A DNA stretch of 63,902 bases, filler included, from Choristocarpus tenellus KU-1152 (taxonomy: Eukaryota > Protista > Phaeophyceae), in assembly GCA_964200185.2 (NCBI GenBank). It is 10 parts of 10 records of this genome, joined end to end, with 100 filler letters (N's around TTAATTAATTAA, not from the genome) between each part and the next. Parts side by side here need not be neighbours in the genome. Positions count along the whole stretch, not along the records: positions 37,437 to 41,257 come from CAXNAD020017732.1; positions 41,358 to 45,113 come from CAXNAD020018121.1; positions 45,214 to 54,981 come from CAXNAD020003410.1; 7 more parts are not named here. The stretch is one strand, 5' to 3'. The position numbers and the translations under genes were made by a program. Below are positions 38,520 through 51,172 of the stretch, piece by piece (positions within the stretch are counted from its first letter, which is position 1; every line of letters starts with the position of its first letter). The notes beneath the pieces are model-generated. The model was not told where the DNA came from and ran no database searches. It worked only from the letters and a program-made list of their open reading frames with translations.

Positions 38520-38670
38520 ATATGTTGAGGGGGGGTCAATTTTCCAAGTCGCGATTTTTGGGTGATTTGGTTGTATGCGTCGGATGGATAATGTAAGTGT
38601 ACTTTTCCTGGCCAGGACCCAAAGGGATACACTGGTGTAGACCCCCCCCCTCCCCCAGATGCTTTGAGCC
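38520..38670 (+). mobile_element. MITE family B, 5'-truncated copy
   Basis: ggggtcaattttccaagtcgcgatttttgggtgatttggttg...cccccagatgctttgagcc. Confidence 0.8.
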
Positions 38671-39286
38671 AACGTGAAGTAGGGCACTGTGTCCGACATT
38701 CATGCCCTTGCAAAAGTCGTGGAATCCATGTCCCCCCTCGACATAATGTGTGGGATGGGCTGTGCCACTTTCTTGTGTGATACCCAGAAACAAGAGCATT
38801 CTGTATGTGACGAGTGGTATATGTTTCGGGGACCAGTTAGCGTATATACCTGCAAGAGTACCCTCTGTAAGTCAGGGAATAACCCCAATTCCATCCAAGA
38901 CAGTCAATTCCACATCTCAGACAAGAAGGTGTAAATAGGAGGATATTGTACAGAACACCTGGTGTGTCGTCCTATTGTATGGGGTAGCAGTGCTTTCGAA
39001 GCATAACTTGCACTGAGTGTCTGATGAGACTGCGAGAGGCTTGCACCTTTGTTCCTCGCATGGAGCATTGCCACCACCAGTGAGTTGTTGAAAATAGTTC
39101 CCATCTGTATGTGGAAATAATGCAGGTGCTATGAAAATCTGGAGTATAGTTATACCGTAAGTGTAAGATAAAGTAAGGTGAAAGGGGAAGAAAAATAATG
39201 AGGCAAAGTTTGATTCACTACTTGTTGTCCCGCAATTGGAGGCATCCTTTTCCCTGTTCTTCTATGGATAACGTATCTTATTGGTC

Positions 39287-39869
39287 TGTTGTGAACTAGG
39301 TGTAACTATGGATACCCTTTATTATCATCTCCACGAGATAGTGACTTAGATATCTGAAACTGTATTCCATTCATGGCGACTGCAATGATCTAATCAAATG
39401 CATTGTATATTATGTGTAGAGTGAGAAGAGCTTCTATGAACACCCTCCCTAGTTCATACAACTATGAGCAATCAATCACTAGTCAGTGTATCACGAAACT
39501 CAAACACAACCGACAATTAGCGAAACTCAGTGAGAAAAAAAAATCACATTAAGAATGCCCACTCCGTCAAGCTCGATTAAAATCCAGAGATATCTCAAAA
39601 ACACTAATTTTCCATTGGCTTGTGAATGTATCTACGTGCTATACATTAGACAATTGATTACTAATCACGATTTACCCCATTGCCATCAGATTCCGCAGGA
39701 AGTGGGGTATGATGTCTATGTTTTCGATCTGCCTGACCTAAGGGGGATGACAGACAATTCGATATAGCTTCCCTATCGTCATCATGAAAAGTATAGCACG
39801 AGTCAGGAGAGTTGAGCCTGCAGAAACTCCAAGACACCCCTAACAAACAATATATATATATAGGGCACA
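39287..39869 (-). mobile_element. Copia 3' LTR (~583 bp)
   Basis: On the minus strand, PPT ...aggagga is followed by TGTGCCC and the LTR ends ...ttcacaACA. It lies downstream of the copia fragment at 40140-40560. Confidence 0.55.
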
Positions 39870-39876
39870 TCCTCCT

Positions 39877-40133
39877 GAGTCAAAGTATCTTAGAGGGTAG
39901 AGCCGCGTCCATTTGGGGGCCAAAATACAATGTTGCGATTTTGATGGATTTTGGTTATCATGTTTGTTAGGAAGTGTCAATATCCATGTTTCAGACACAC
40001 CTTTTCATAACATATACACTGTTACCTACTACTAAACATTTTGGAGTAGGAAAATGTCAAAAGAGTCCATGAGAAGCCAAGCCCCAAATGGACAAACAAG
40101 GCAAAACTCATACCCTCTGAGATACTTTCACTC
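39877..40133 (+). mobile_element. MITE family A, full length, with 4-bp TSD (tcct), inserted in a copia PPT
   Basis: tcct|gagtcaaagtatcttagagggta...gatactttcactc|tcct. Confidence 0.93.
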
Positions 40134-40139
40134 TCCTTT

Positions 40140-40560
40140 GGTTCTGTACCATACCTCGTTGCCAGAGAGAGCAACTGCAAGTTTGATTCTAAAGAACTAA
40201 GCTACTGCAGCACCCGCACACACAACTGCCCTGTCATACACAGAATTTCTATCAGACAATTCACTTGCAAAAAAGGCATCAGTGCATACCTCCGATGCCA
40301 GCGCGGCTCCTCTCTCGTGTACTAGACCCAGCTCCCGAGTTTCCCTCAGAAATTCAAGGATCCGAACAATAGGTTTCCAGTGTACCCGTTTCCCAGGCAT
40401 GAGAGTGACAAGCTGTCGGTGTTCCTTCATTAGCTATATCTGGTCATATTGCTTACCAACAGCAATCCACTATCTTCCTCTCGGAAGAGCCAATCTTCAA
40501 TATCATATCTACCTTTCTAAGACCTAGGTTTCTGGAGGAAGCAGCAGAAATTGAACTCGT
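40140..40560 (-). pseudogene. Ty1/copia RT-RNase H junction fragment
   Basis: HWKPIVRILEFLRETRELGLVHERG...EVCTDAFFASELSDRNSVYDRAVVCAGAAVA*F. Confidence 0.85.
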
Positions 40561-40785
40561 GCCAATGGAAAAACGGTTCCACATTATGTCAATGTGTGCA
40601 GTCTGAGTGATTGGCAGTTGTGTCAAGTTCCAGATCTACGTATATATAATGGGAAGACCTTCTATGAACATCAGATGCATGCTCCCGTTCTCTAGATTGG
40701 GGTCCTGACAAGGGAGATGAGGAGAGGCAAGAAGAAGAGAAGAAAGAGAGGGAGAAGAAAGAAAAATAATTGCACGACGAAGGTG

Positions 40786-41047
40786 AGACCCAAAGCATTT
40801 AAGGGGGTAGGAGTTTTGCCTTGCTTGTCCGTTCCGGGCTTGGCTTCCCACAGGATTTTTGCCTTTTTTCGGTTTTCTGTGTGTGAACATTGTTACCCAA
40901 AACGTATACGACTATGAAAGGTGTTTCTGGAACAAGGATATTAACACTCCCTAACACACGCGATAGCCAAAAATACATAAAAATCGCAACATTAGATTTC
41001 GGCTCCCAGACGGACTTGGCCTTACCATTTTTAATTCTTTGAGACTC
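40786..41047 (-). mobile_element. Diverged MITE family A copy
   Basis: Internal sequence is colinear with 30138-30397; TIRs degenerate. Confidence 0.75.
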
Positions 41048-42630
41048 TGACCATAGTATGAGTATCATGTCGGCGCGAGAGCATATTCTGTTCGTGATAC
41101 AGCAGTAGCCTACGTGGAGGAATATAATAATAATAGAGGGTGAGCCACCAGAAGTATCCACAAGCATTGAGTCAGTTGACACAAACAAGTGCGGTATGCT
41201 TTCTTTTTTGTTTCGGAAGGCTCTCTTCTGCGTGCTTGTGGGACGAAGTATCTGGGGNNNNNNNNNNNNNNNNNNNNNNNNNNNNNNNNNNNNNNNNNNN
41301 NTTAATTAATTAANNNNNNNNNNNNNNNNNNNNNNNNNNNNNNNNNNNNNNNNNNNNCCCCCCTAAGATACTTTGATCCCCCTACAACCTAGCACAACTG
41401 CACTGCACTGTCTAATCCCATCGAAAAGAAACATCTGTATCTATCTGCTCAAGGTGACTTTGGAGAAGGATTACAATACTAAGTACGAGGGAATTGGTGC
41501 CTTGTGTGCGGGCACCCCAGTCGCATGTCCATACCATATCTCATTGGACTAAGTGCAACTATCAGCCACCCTCCCTGCCTGGTTACTCAGCTCTCCTACT
41601 CCTGAAATATGGAAAATTTGAGGATGCTACCAGGCCATATCTGACAGGAGATCACATGGTGCAACGTTGGGGCTCACTGAGCCATTATGGGGGCGCTGAA
41701 CAGCAGCGGGGCAATGATACAGAGGTGTTTGCAGTATGGGAAGTGGTGTGCAATGCATCAACAGGCAAGGCAGGAGAAAGTGAGAGGATCATGTCAGGAG
41801 TGTGAGATGTTTCTTATCCTGAGTTGGGTACTGGGAAGCAAAATCAAACCCCAACATTTCGTTTTGCCCTCAAAGAAGTGTCAACAATTTCAAAACTTGT
41901 TTAAGGCATAAGGAGGTATAGTCACAAACTCCCAAGACATGCTTCAATCCTAAGTTGAACAACAGTGAAGTGGGGGTAGCCGTTGCTGTTTCATGTACAG
42001 GTATGTATCCCTGGAGCAAATCACACCGAAGGAAGTGAGTGACTAGTAATACCCTTTCTCTGTCGAATATGCTTCTTCAGAATCAGCAAATGCGCCAAGG
42101 GGCTCTGCCCTGACTGCACTCACCACAGATATAGTAGATCTAAACTTTCCTAGTGACGAGCGCTACACCAAACACAATTTGATATGGTTACAATAGTAGG
42201 ACTTGATTTACATTACACACACATCCACATGAAGAATGGCTACACAAAGTATACTATAGTTTGCATTGTCAAATGATCAATAATGCAAAACAAAGATTAT
42301 GCTCTACCTGTACGAAGTAGAGCACATGCTCAAACTCCAAATTCGAAATAATCTGAACTTTTACTGTTCATGCTTCTATATCAACATGTTTACTACTTTC
42401 CACTTACAATCGAATACTTTGAAGAACTAGCTCTATGGTTCGTACATATCTTAAGGAATATGGGAATATTACACCCAGTGGACTCGAAGATGGCACAAAT
42501 ATGCACCTGAATGGCTTCAGCAGTCATAATCTATTCAACTCCTAACATCAAACCATCACATCCCTTTCGTTTTCGTTTTTTGGTTCAACGCCATTGCTAC
42601 AGCAGTCCCAACCATTCTTGACCTGAACCA

Positions 42631-44987
42631 TTAACCCCCCCACACCTTGTGAGCCAGGAAGCAGCAGACTGGGCGACCGTCAGCCAGATGGTTTACACTG
42701 TCCTCCAGAACCTCAAAACCTTGCACAGGACTGAATCGTGAGGCCAACTCCCCTCGTCTCAGAACCTTCTTAGGGTCCCTGGGGCTCTTGTGTGGCCAAC
42801 GTTTCTTAAAATCTTCTGCCACAAACTTCCCGGAATTTGTGCCTGGACGACCCCGAGCACCGCCATTGACCCTTGTTACCCCTTTGACCTCTGCTGGAGT
42901 TCCACATCTCTCTCCACAACCCTCTTCTCCCTCGGCAACCTCTTCAATGAAGGTGGACATTAACAAATAGCCGCCAGGGGTGATCAGTCGTGCAAGAGTG
43001 TCATAGGCATTGCGCTCGAGGAAGCGAATCACCAACACAAGCCCGTAAGAAGAACGGAGTTCGATGGGTGAAGAACTCTCAGGGTCATTCTCACACAGGG
43101 TGTACCCTGCATGGACAGGAACAAAGGTGGCCCGGTGGGACACAACAAGGGAGACCTCAGGGAAAAGAAGGAGCGAGTGCATGTGTACGTCTGTACCTAA
43201 GGCACAGAACGGGGGGGGAGAGCACTGCGAAAAAATCATAGTGTCAAGAATTCAACGGCTAGAGCTGCGTTGTGTGATCCTTTTCTGCAAGCAAGATATC
43301 GAACCAGAGCCTTGCTTGTATCGTAGATGCCAATTGCCAGGGAGGAAAAGAGAGGAGGAAAGTTGATGGTAGTATACTATCCTCTCATGAAATGGCACAG
43401 GAATGAAACATCCTACACGATACTTCTATCCTACACTTCATGGACCTACCTGCGCCATGTATGGCATACTAAGTAGGATGTACTACGCATTCAAAATCTA
43501 AGCTCGTGCCTGGCATATCCATTCCCACCTCTCACCATCCACTCCTACTCCTTCTGCCGGCACTGTGATATTGGCAATGCCCCCTTGCTCTTCCAGCTTC
43601 ATCCCACCAGAACCTTTGGGTGTTTCCTCTCTATTTTCTTGTCCACAATTGCTTCGAAGAGGACACCCATTGTAGCCCCCAAACCCAGCAGCAGGAGGAG
43701 GTGGTAGGGTGGTGATGGACAGAGCCTTCTCTGCAACAGGAGGTTTCATTGCAAGCTTAATCTCACCAGTATTGACCACCTTTCCCTTGATAACAACCAC
43801 CCTGGACACCACGAGCCATGCAAGGATTGAATATACAGTATGTATGGCTATGATGTGACAAGTAACATTTCAATCAATGGGCAACCCTGCATCTCTCTCA
43901 CGATGAGTCAGGGGAATAGCCTGCCTCGCCGTGCTAACTTTCATTATCCGAAAATACTACTTCTTACTAGCAATGATATACTTGGTTACTATTTGCAGCC
44001 CACAAAAAGACCACCGACAGTTACAAAGTAACATTCTATTAAAAAAAACGTACACAGTACAGAGTTAATGCTCACATGCTTCATAATATGCTGATGAAGT
44101 ACCCACCTGTGGGAAACGTCCATCCTCTCTGCCAGCTGCGTGGTTCTTAGCAGTGCCACAGTCCAGCAGTCCACTGCCGTCACCTTCACACAGGAACATA
44201 CATGTGGTGCCAGGGCACAGGAGTTGCACGTTGAACTGCAGGCGTTTCTGGCAATTGGTGGATGAAAATATCAACATCATTACAACTAGGTTCAGGGGAT
44301 AGGGAAACATAGCAATGCAAGCAATATGATTGGCTTAATGTAAAAACAGGACATTTCATTGGTACAAATACTGACACGTACACTGTTCCTTACATGCATC
44401 ACCTAAAACATTTTGTGATGAACCCGACTTGGCCCTGGTCCAATCAAAAAGAGTTCTGCAATAATATTCTCGCATTTATAGTTGGGGGAGTGTTTGTCAA
44501 AAATGGGGAGGACGAAAGTAGAAGAAAAAAAAGGAGAATGATCGTATGGCGAAGAGACCTGAAGTGCCGATGTAGTCAGGGATGTAAGGACGGCTCTGAA
44601 GACGCAATTGGTCAGCAACCTATCATGCATGTCAGAGATTGCAGACGGCTATAGGCTATATATGGGGTGGTAGATGAGATGGTATGCAGTACGACCTATC
44701 TTGCTGAGGGCGAAATGCAAACCCATTACATGGTCAATACACTTGCTATTGGTGTCATACTGTACTGTCAACTAAACACCCCCCTGTGTGTCTTTCTGAA
44801 TCCAGCAGCATAGCCTGATGGATCACACACACAAAACACCATGGAAAAGAGATAGTAGCATCTTCGTGGCATGCGGCCAGCTTAGGTCCAAGGGGGCACT
44901 TGTATTCTTGCCTGCCAACCCCTCATTGCCAGCCATACCACATCACGACCACTGCCACAGCCAACGTCCAAGCATGTCACTGGCAGT
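42631..44987 (-). CDS. Class I SAM-dependent methyltransferase (TehB-like); last 4 exons, 5' part beyond the contig end
   Basis: Exons 44987-44912 (CLDVGCGSGRDVVWLAMRGWQ, GC donor), 44183-44107 (VTAVD), 43801-43536 and 43106-42631 (LVLVIRFLER...PGGYLL...LRRGEL...DGRP). Phases are consistent. Confidence 0.85.
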
Positions 44988-45363
44988 CTGAACAGGTAAG
45001 CACACCATGAAGTACACACACACACACACAGGTCGGCAGAGAGGAAAGGAAGGAGGGAGGGGGGGTGGGGGGGAAGGTATGCTATCACCACAACTTAAAT
45101 GACTCACCCTATGNNNNNNNNNNNNNNNNNNNNNNNNNNNNNNNNNNNNNNNNNNNNTTAATTAATTAANNNNNNNNNNNNNNNNNNNNNNNNNNNNNNN
45201 NNNNNNNNNNNNNCCTTCCAGATACTTTGGGTCGGGAGGAGGGCGATGTCTCTGACAATGAGTTACCTGGTGCTGCAGGAGTGCTGGTGTCACCTTGATT
45301 TGTGGTTGCATTACACGAGTGATAGACACACACAATAATTACATAGAGTAACGCACACTGTAG

Positions 45364-45425
<62 letters not shown>

Positions 45426-47904
45426 TTGCGTTAGATATTGGCACTCGCGTGACTGCAGCACAGCTAGCTGACGAAGAACAGGTCCAGAGTAGCAAGAACA
45501 ATACCTTTCAGCGAGAAACACCTTACTGCGAAATTCAACCGAATGTTCTTCTCCACGACCTACTGGGCGTTGATTGTCTCCAAAAGCCCAGCGCCCAAAG
45601 CCCTTTAAATTGGACAGACACGGGCGTCTGTGAAACCTGGGGCGTGTATGAGTGAAGGGTGCCCATGGGATGATTGATCTGGTCTGCCAATCCATTTCGA
45701 TCAACTGCAAAATGCCACCAGGGACCACAGTAACTGAAGGGGGCGGACATACCCCTTCACAGCGAAATTTTCGATGCACAGGATCAACTAGAGGTTAGAT
45801 GATGCAGACTCATACTCTGGTGTCAAATATGTCCCCACAATGTATTTGCCCAACTTACTTCTCCTTAAAGAGTACTATGCAATATCTAGTAACTCTTAGG
45901 TTTGAACTCTGGAAATATAAAAATAGGTTGAGAACTTCAATTCTTCAAAGTGCAAAATATTTTGGATCTCACCAAAAATATGGAATTCAAACCCCACGAC
46001 GTAAGTGTCAGAAACAGGTCGCTTTTTTGGGATCTCCCACACACACTTTGTGGATATTGCGCGCGTCCAGATACATATGCACCCCCCAGCCAACCATGTC
46101 ATCGAACTTGGCATTACTGACCAGTCCACAAAACTGAACACACTTGTAAGATCCGGATTTGACCAAGCAGTGAGAAGGATTATAAGAACGAAGATTGATT
46201 CCGATTCTGACTGATCCATTTTGCTGCTGCGATGTTGCTCAGTCATTTTGTGATAACTCTTCTGCACTATGGTTTTGGTTTTGTTCTGAATTTCCTCAAC
46301 TAACTGACGTTGGGATGCTGCTGGGTCAAGAATTGTGACACTCGGGCTCACCACCCTGTGAGGTGGAAGAGTTCAGTCTGGTGATTGTGAATTGCCTCCC
46401 TTTTCAGAGAGCTTTGGCGCCTTGACGCCTCCACACAAGCTACATTTCGATATGTGTACACTAAAAAAAATGTGTTTCTGATCGAGAAAAATAATCAAGT
46501 TCTTCAGAGTACAGTTAGAGGTAACAGCACCGATATTTACAAAAGTGGCAGACAGCAACACATCTGTAAGGTTTGAACACCAAACAATTCTTTGCACATA
46601 TGTTGACATGAACTCCATCCTCATAACAGTGTTTCTCAGCAAATGAATTAGTCCGAAACTGCCACATGCCAGCTTAAACGCCAGCAGACGAGTCGTCCAC
46701 ACACAGTTTCATTCGGCACGTAAGGCCCGACTCGGTTTAGTGTTTGAATAAAACGTTTCTTACACACTCTTTTCTCGACTCAGTGACATTTGGTTAATCA
46801 AGAGGATTATTGCGATCCTGTATTCTTGACACTGTTCTTGCCCAATTGAATGTTATCACGTGACAAAGTCTTGGTACAAGGCTAGCGCTAGCACTTGTAT
46901 CATATCCATGTTTTGAAGTGCAAACACCACAGCAGAGTTATTTCAATTTCAAAATTAGAGCGTCTGATATTTTGTCGCTGGTGAATACAATGGTGATCCC
47001 GCGTAGGGGTGTAGATTTTTCTGTATACATGTATGAATGTGGCCACTCCCAAGTGACAATTTTGAACTTCTGCTTAGCTATAGTTGGCGCTTGTTTCTTA
47101 CATGCACACTGCATAGGTAGGCCCTTTCAAGTCTTTATCATCAGAGTTCATTGATTTTGAAACATATATATATATATATTTATATATAATAGAATATTCT
47201 AGACTTCAAGCTCTTCGAAATAACTTCATTCCATGCTAAGGATTCTGTGGATGTTTCGACATCCTTTGACACTCATACACAACAAATAACTGGGAATTTG
47301 TGGGTCGAGAAGGTGCTTAGTTTTGACTTCTTCCAGCTTTTTGCTTACAACAATTGCTACAACTCTAGATTCAGGATCAAAATCCTTCACACCAGTACTA
47401 TGGCACACCACACACCCTGTTTCAGCTCAAGGACTCTGGAAGTCCCGCCTGATTTCAAGTAATATCATCCATCTTCACCTTTCCTTCCTCAGAGTTCGCC
47501 AAGCATGTATGCTCTTTCATATGGCGCCACTTGCCTATTCTTGCCCCATGTATGATAACTCCTTCAAGTCACTAGTAAAGCATTGTCTCAACAGCATCTG
47601 GTGAGTACTCTACATGGAGCCCAACGATCCTGCATCTGAATCTTTGTCCATTTTGGCCTTGTTTATCAACATCTTGTACCCTTATTGGTGATACGCAACA
47701 CTCTGCTAACAAAGAGGGGACATGACTGACTGCACCATCAAGGGTAAACACTCACCGGCCTCAACCTTCAGGTTTGGCATACCTACCAACAACGGCCCAT
47801 CCGCCTTACCTTGATACCACCCCACTCTTACTAAACCAATGCAAGGGATTTGCGGCACACAATGGGGATATATTGTTTGCTATCCCAGTGGGAAGGGACT
47901 GCCT

Positions 47905-50900
47905 TCACATCAACCCTTCTGGGCAGCCTGTTTCACTTATCTTTCCAGCTGCGGCGTACTTCTCCCTGAGATCATTGTACTCCTTACCATACCTTCAAAA
48001 GTGGTGGGCAATGCAGGCAGGCACAAAAGACACATCAGTGAAAGGACAGCCGAGAGGTACGCCCCAGACCCAAAGTATCTGGGGGTGGGGGGGGGGAGTG
48101 TCTGCACCAGGGTGTCCATTTGGTCCATAACCAGGAAAAGTGTATTTTCATTAACCATCCGACGTATGGCAACCAAATCACACAAAAATAGTGACATGAA
48201 AAAAATGACCCCAAATGGACAGCTGCCACCCCCCTCCCAGATACTTTGAGCCCCAGTTAGAGTCTTGGGGTTTTGGATGTAGTACACTCTTGCAGTGTAA
48301 TGGTGAACGACACTCAGACACACATTCAATCAAAGCAAGTTTGACGCATGTTCAAAAGCAGTGAAAGGGGATATTGTAGGGCGTAGACTGTTCTTTTTCT
48401 TTGGGCTGAGGAAGGTTCATGTCGTGGCCACTTTTCCCAATAATGGGTGATGCACAGCAATGAAACGCCAAGCAGATGGTCGGCATTCTACAATGAAACA
48501 ACTTGTTACTGCAAGGGCAACCATTACCAGGTGTACACGATCACACACTTATGGTGTTGACCCGGTGGTGATATTATTTGGTTGGGACAAGCAACAACTA
48601 ACAACCATCTAGGCTGTTTTATTCGGCAGGCATGAAGGAGATCAGAACTTGACACGATGTCCCTCTTGCCTTTCTACCATGTCGTTGTGGAATTGGTGGT
48701 ACAGCTCTCCCTTGTAGAACGGAAAAGTCTTCGTGTCCATAACAAAAACCTGCTTGAGGCATCAGCAACCCAAGGCAGTGTCAACGTTGATGAGTTTAGT
48801 GGGGTTGGCCACAGGGTAGGTAGTATGCTGTTGCTAACATAGATACAAATATATTGCAAGCAACAGTTTGGTCATATTGCAGAGCTCTGGAGGGGGATGC
48901 TTGAAATGGTGGCATTCTCACCGACAACAACAATCCATACACAAACACAATTTAGTCAGTCACTTGCTACTATCCCACACACTTGTGCTATTGGTCAATG
49001 TAATGTGCTTATTGAGCTCAATGAAGGAGAGGTGACTTGACATGGTGCACACGTCATGTATAACACAAAAGAAAAGTATGCTTAGTGGTTGAAGTGGACA
49101 AGTTATCACAAGGTACAAGTTTTTCATACATAGCCAAGTGGAGACAAAGGCGTGTTACATTCCTCTGAGGACAAGAGTGCTCATAAAAAAGCCCACAGAA
49201 TGATGCAAAGGTTGAGGGGTTAGTAACGCCTTGCAGGTCAAATGCATCCCATTGGCTCCATCTACTGCACAGGTTGTTCATCCTCCTGCTATAAAGATTG
49301 CTTCTCTTACTGTGCCCACTGTCCTTCATACTCTACTCTGCATGCAGCCTTGCTCACTTTGTTCTTCAGAAGTGTGTCGGGATCATTGCCTGCTCCACTC
49401 TCAAGGGCAAGACCCATCCTAGCTGCCTCTGCCTTGATGGGCTCAGACAGAGGCCCCGAGAGACCACCAGGCACACCAAGCAGTGATCGGTATTCCCCCC
49501 CTCGATCCTAAACATACGCAATGATGAAAACAGTTTCGAACTGTATGAGCCCATTGGCCACATGTACAGAATCAGGGAGAGCTCTGGAAGCCCGAGAAGT
49601 TACTCCTCTTAGTCCTGTGATGTGATTTTAGGTTTCAACTCCAAACCAAACCCAAACTCAAGTCGTAGTTGAATAAAGCACATCGTGGGGATGCTCTTAT
49701 TTCTTGATCATTCAACTGGTTTGCTACATGCTCTTGACATCATACATAGCAACAAGTAAGGTATGCGATAGAACAGTCTATTAATGTGCTCTCGAAAATA
49801 CTATTGGTAGAACCTCAGTGACACATGTAGTCATGAATTAATGTTCTGCGCATGATATTGCACCCAAATTACGAGGTATATTTCAACAGAGGTGAATCAA
49901 GCTCTTAGCCTAACATAAGTAGTTGGGAATCACTGAAGGATCAAGGAACCGTAATCCTGTCATGTCGGAGGCAACCTGTCTAAAGTACCAAAAGTACTAT
50001 ACTTGATATGGAGTATACGTAACCTTCTGGCATGTTTTCCAACTATATATTTGAATTTGTGTTAAAGAGAGGGAGGGGGGAGGCCTTGCCTGTGGGTCGT
50101 TACGGTCAAGGAAGACGCGCCCGGCTCCGTTATCGTATCGTTTGAAGAGCTTAAAGTATGCTTGCACAAACTCAGGGAGCTTCGAGGTCGGTATCTGCAG
50201 TCGTACCACCTGTTGGCACAAATAAAGAAGCAACGGGGGGGATAATGTGAGAGACATGTGCACAAAACACTTCAAAAAGCGCCCAAACAGACTCACGTGA
50301 ACGATTCCTGCAGAATCCTTTGCGACTGTAGGATAACGAACAGACGATTTCTAGAGTGGCATCAACAAACTCCTCATAACTAGTTGAAACCAGCTGGAAC
50401 AACCAATGATAGAATGACACGACTGTCCTACTCTAACACGCTTGGAGTTGCAGCTACTGTGCTTAGATCGAGATCACCTCGGCTGCCCCAAGCTTTCCGT
50501 AGTCGCTAACTCCGCGCATATTGTGGTAGCATAGCTTGCCATCGGGAACGTTCCTAGCACCAGCGTATCCAGCGTAAGCTGTGAGCTCGTTATCAGAGCG
50601 GTCAAGGATAAGCTTCTCCGCCTTCGCCAGCTCATGCTGCACATGCCAGAAGCACCCATTCCCCCAGTAGGTCTCTATCAGCTCTTCTGATGCCAAGGAA
50701 GGGTTGCTACCTGAGGTTAAGGCAAAGCTACCTACAAGCAGTCCAGCCGTAGCGGTTTTCAGAAAGTTGCTTCGGCTGATACTCTGCGACGCACAAGTGG
50801 GTGTGGCAACCATCAAGGGGTTAAAGGCGAAGGTTCCAACCAGAAAGCACAGCAAAGGGGCGATGAGGGCGACCAGCCCCAGTGCATTGAACGGACGACA

Positions 50901-50906
50901 TAGCAT
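47905..50906 (-). CDS. Plastid-targeted (probably thylakoid lumen) MsrA-like protein, 5 exons, 288 aa
   Basis: Exons 50906-50478, 50209-50090, 49507-49358, 48749-48670, 47992-47905 (867 nt; introns 2 and 4 are GC-AG). Motifs YWGNGCFWH, AGYAG, EVV, DRGGEYRS, FYKGELYHQF. N-terminal signal peptide + AF. Confidence 0.88.
48067..48252 (-). mobile_element. MITE family B in the last intron of the MsrA-like gene
   Basis: gacccaaagtatctggggg ... cccagatactttgagcc; reverse of 23306-23483. Confidence 0.88.
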
Positions 50907-51172
50907 CTTTAAGGTACAAGTACTAGTGTGTTGTGGTAGACTAGTGAGGTGTTAATTCAACAACTTGTGTGTCACTTTAACGACAGGTCGGCTTTTTTTT
51001 GGATTATCTGTCGGTATACAATTTCGGATTATCTGTCGGTATATGTTGTTGAACAAAATGAGGTCAAATATTATGTATACTTTCGATGTCAAAACTTGAT
51101 TGTAGGGAGTCGTCATTTGTGATTTCGTCGGTTTATCCACCACGAGTTGACTCATCGTAACCTCTACCAAGT
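50907..51172. promoter_or_regulatory. Putative bidirectional promoter (266 bp) with an 18-bp direct repeat
   Basis: Lies between divergent ATGs at 50906 and 51173; ggattatctgtcggtata occurs at 51001-51018 and 51026-51043. Confidence 0.55.

Noticed and set aside
38700-38940. hAT dimerisation-domain-like peptide (LFPDLQRVLLQVYTL)
   Set aside because: Similarity too weak, with the key ERxFS motif absent.
41690-41830. piggyBac-like Cys-rich tail
   Set aside because: Only loose cysteine spacing; no TIRs or transposase core.
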